Positions 13,182-14,396 of a DNA stretch of 14,396 bases are shown here, piece by piece; positions within the stretch are counted from its first letter, which is position 1, and every line of letters starts with the position of its first letter. The notes beneath the pieces were generated by a model, which was given only the letters and a program-made list of their open reading frames with translations, searched no databases and had not been told where the DNA came from. The position numbers were made by a program, and so were the translations under genes. This DNA comes from Candidatus Helarchaeota ASGARD archaeon Hel_GB_B (GTDB lineage: Archaea; Asgardarchaeota; Lokiarchaeia; Helarchaeales; HEL-GB-B). Location of the stretch: contig SUPR01000088.1 in the NCBI GenBank assembly GCA_005191425.1, forward strand, positions 1-14,396. The letters are read 5' to 3'.

Positions 13182-14360
13182 TTATGGTAGCCTTTTAATT
13201 TCAGGTAATGTTATTTTCTTATACAAATCAATAAAATATGAATCGGTCATTCCAGATATGAAATCTATCACAATTAATTCGTAGTCAGTATTTTTTAAAT
13301 ATTTAGGACCGATATAATTTATATGGTCTTTAAAAATTTCAGAATTTTTATTATTTTTATTCAATTCATTAAGAAAATATTCAAAAATAGTATAAAACAT
13401 GTTTTTTAATTTATTTTTTTCGACAGCGGTCTTAATTTTTGGATTTTCATATATTTTTTTGTAATTGAAATTCTTTAACTTTATTAGCGCATTTCCAATA
13501 TCTTTAGAATAACTAATAAAGTCCATATCTTTGCTATTTTCTATTAAATCTAATACTAAATTATTAATAATATCTCGATTATTATCCCCTAAAATATTTT
13601 TAATCTCATTAGGAATTTCATCGCGTTTTATAAATCCAAGGATAATTGCATCTTCTATATCTCTCCCAATATAGCTAATAGTATCGACAAAACGTACTAA
13701 ACATCCTTCTAAAGTAAATGGACGAATTCTAAAATTGTTACTTTTTAAAATTTCAGTTATTTCTTTATCAAATATTTCAAATGTCTTGGACCTATTAGGT
13801 GAGATAGATATTTCATTTATTTCACCATTATGACATAGGATTCCATCAAGGACTTCTAATGTTAAGTTAAGTCCATTTGCATTTGTTTCGTCATGTTTAC
13901 GTTTCTCTAATTTATCAAGTTCCCTAACACTTTGGACATTATGTTTAAAATGAATGTTATAAAATTTTTTACTAATTTCATCTAAAATTGTTTCTCCTGT
14001 ATGTCCAAATGGGCAATGACCTATATCATGTCCTAATGCAATTGCTTCTATTAAATCACTATTTAGACCTAGTACTCGCCCAATAAATCTTGCAATTTTA
14101 GATACCCATTGCACATGCATTACTCTATGGGTTATATGATCGTTTTTTATTAAATAAAAAACTTGAGTTTTATCAATATACCTTCTATATGCGTTTGAAT
14201 GTAGTATTCTATCTGCATCTCTTAAAAATCTTGGTCTAATATCATCTTCTTCTGGAATTCTACGGATTCCCTGCGAATTTTTCCGTGCTAAATTCTTTTT
14301 AAGATAAATATCTTCGAATTCATTTATTCTTCTCTTAATTTGAGAAATTAACTTATCCAT
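13182..14360 (-). CDS. dgt: HD-domain deoxyguanosine triphosphate triphosphohydrolase (dGTPase-like, short type)
   Basis: R..F.RD.DRILHS.AYRR...KTQVF, HR..H, LGHDIGHCPFGHTGE, FKHNVQSVR, LNLTLEVLDGILCH, TLEG.LVRFVDTISY..RDIEDA, DFISGMTDSY. HD metal ligands and the D..ISY tyrosine are intact. Confidence 0.9.
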   Translation of the reverse strand: MDKLISQIKRRINEFEDIYLKKNLARKNSQGIRRIPEEDDIRPRFLRDADRILHSNAYRRYIDKTQVFYLIKNDHITHRVMHVQWVSKIARFIGRVLGLNSDLIEAIALGHDIGHCPFGHTGETILDEISKKFYNIHFKHNVQSVRELDKLEKRKHDETNANGLNLTLEVLDGILCHNGEINEISISPNRSKTFEIFDKEITEILKSNNFRIRPFTLEGCLVRFVDTISYIGRDIEDAIILGFIKRDEIPNEIKNILGDNNRDIINNLVLDLIENSKDMDFISYSKDIGNALIKLKNFNYKKIYENPKIKTAVEKNKLKNMFYTIFEYFLNELNKNNKNSEIFKDHINYIGPKYLKNTDYELIVIDFISGMTDSYFIDLYKKITLPEIKRLP

Positions 14361-14396
14361 AAAATTTTACCTTGATTGTACCGATTTTGATAGTTT

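Noticed and set aside
1-14396. Whole window as a single system (e.g. membrane proteolysis: JAMM, M28, PepQ, cyclophilin-like) or a defence/mobile island
   Set aside because: Mixed orientations, separate promoter/terminator signals, intervening housekeeping genes and no integrase, transposase or att sites.

Overview
Very AT-rich prokaryotic window with 13 credible protein-coding genes and no rRNA, tRNA, CRISPR array, transposase/integrase or long repeat that I can detect. An archaeal origin, most likely Asgard (Loki/Hel-like), is an inference from an Rpn11/CSN5-type JAMM protein, a Fap7/AK6 kinase, a Dpo4-like polymerase with a C-terminal PIP-like tail, a split-type ADP-forming acyl-CoA synthetase alpha subunit, an orphan multi-PAS kinase, TATA-like boxes and U-tract terminators. 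Gene order: JAMM protease(+), cyclophilin-like(-), 64-aa helical hairpin(-), AK6/Fap7(-), Ino1-like(-), DinB(+), acyl-CoA synthetase alpha(+), membrane M28 peptidase(+), 5-PAS histidine kinase(-), Xaa-Pro peptidase(-), Maf(-), 4-TM protein(-), HD dGTPase-like(-). It reads as a housekeeping mosaic rather than one island. The most notable items are individual proteins with unusual features: a tail-anchored JAMM isopeptidase, an Ino1 paralogue with a remodelled active site beside AK6, an M28 peptidase with transmembrane hairpins inserted in its catalytic domain and a His-to-Asn zinc-ligand change, and a Maf mixing YhdE- and YceF-type signatures within a dGTPase/4-TM/Maf/PepQ run. All family calls come from motif recognition, not database searches.
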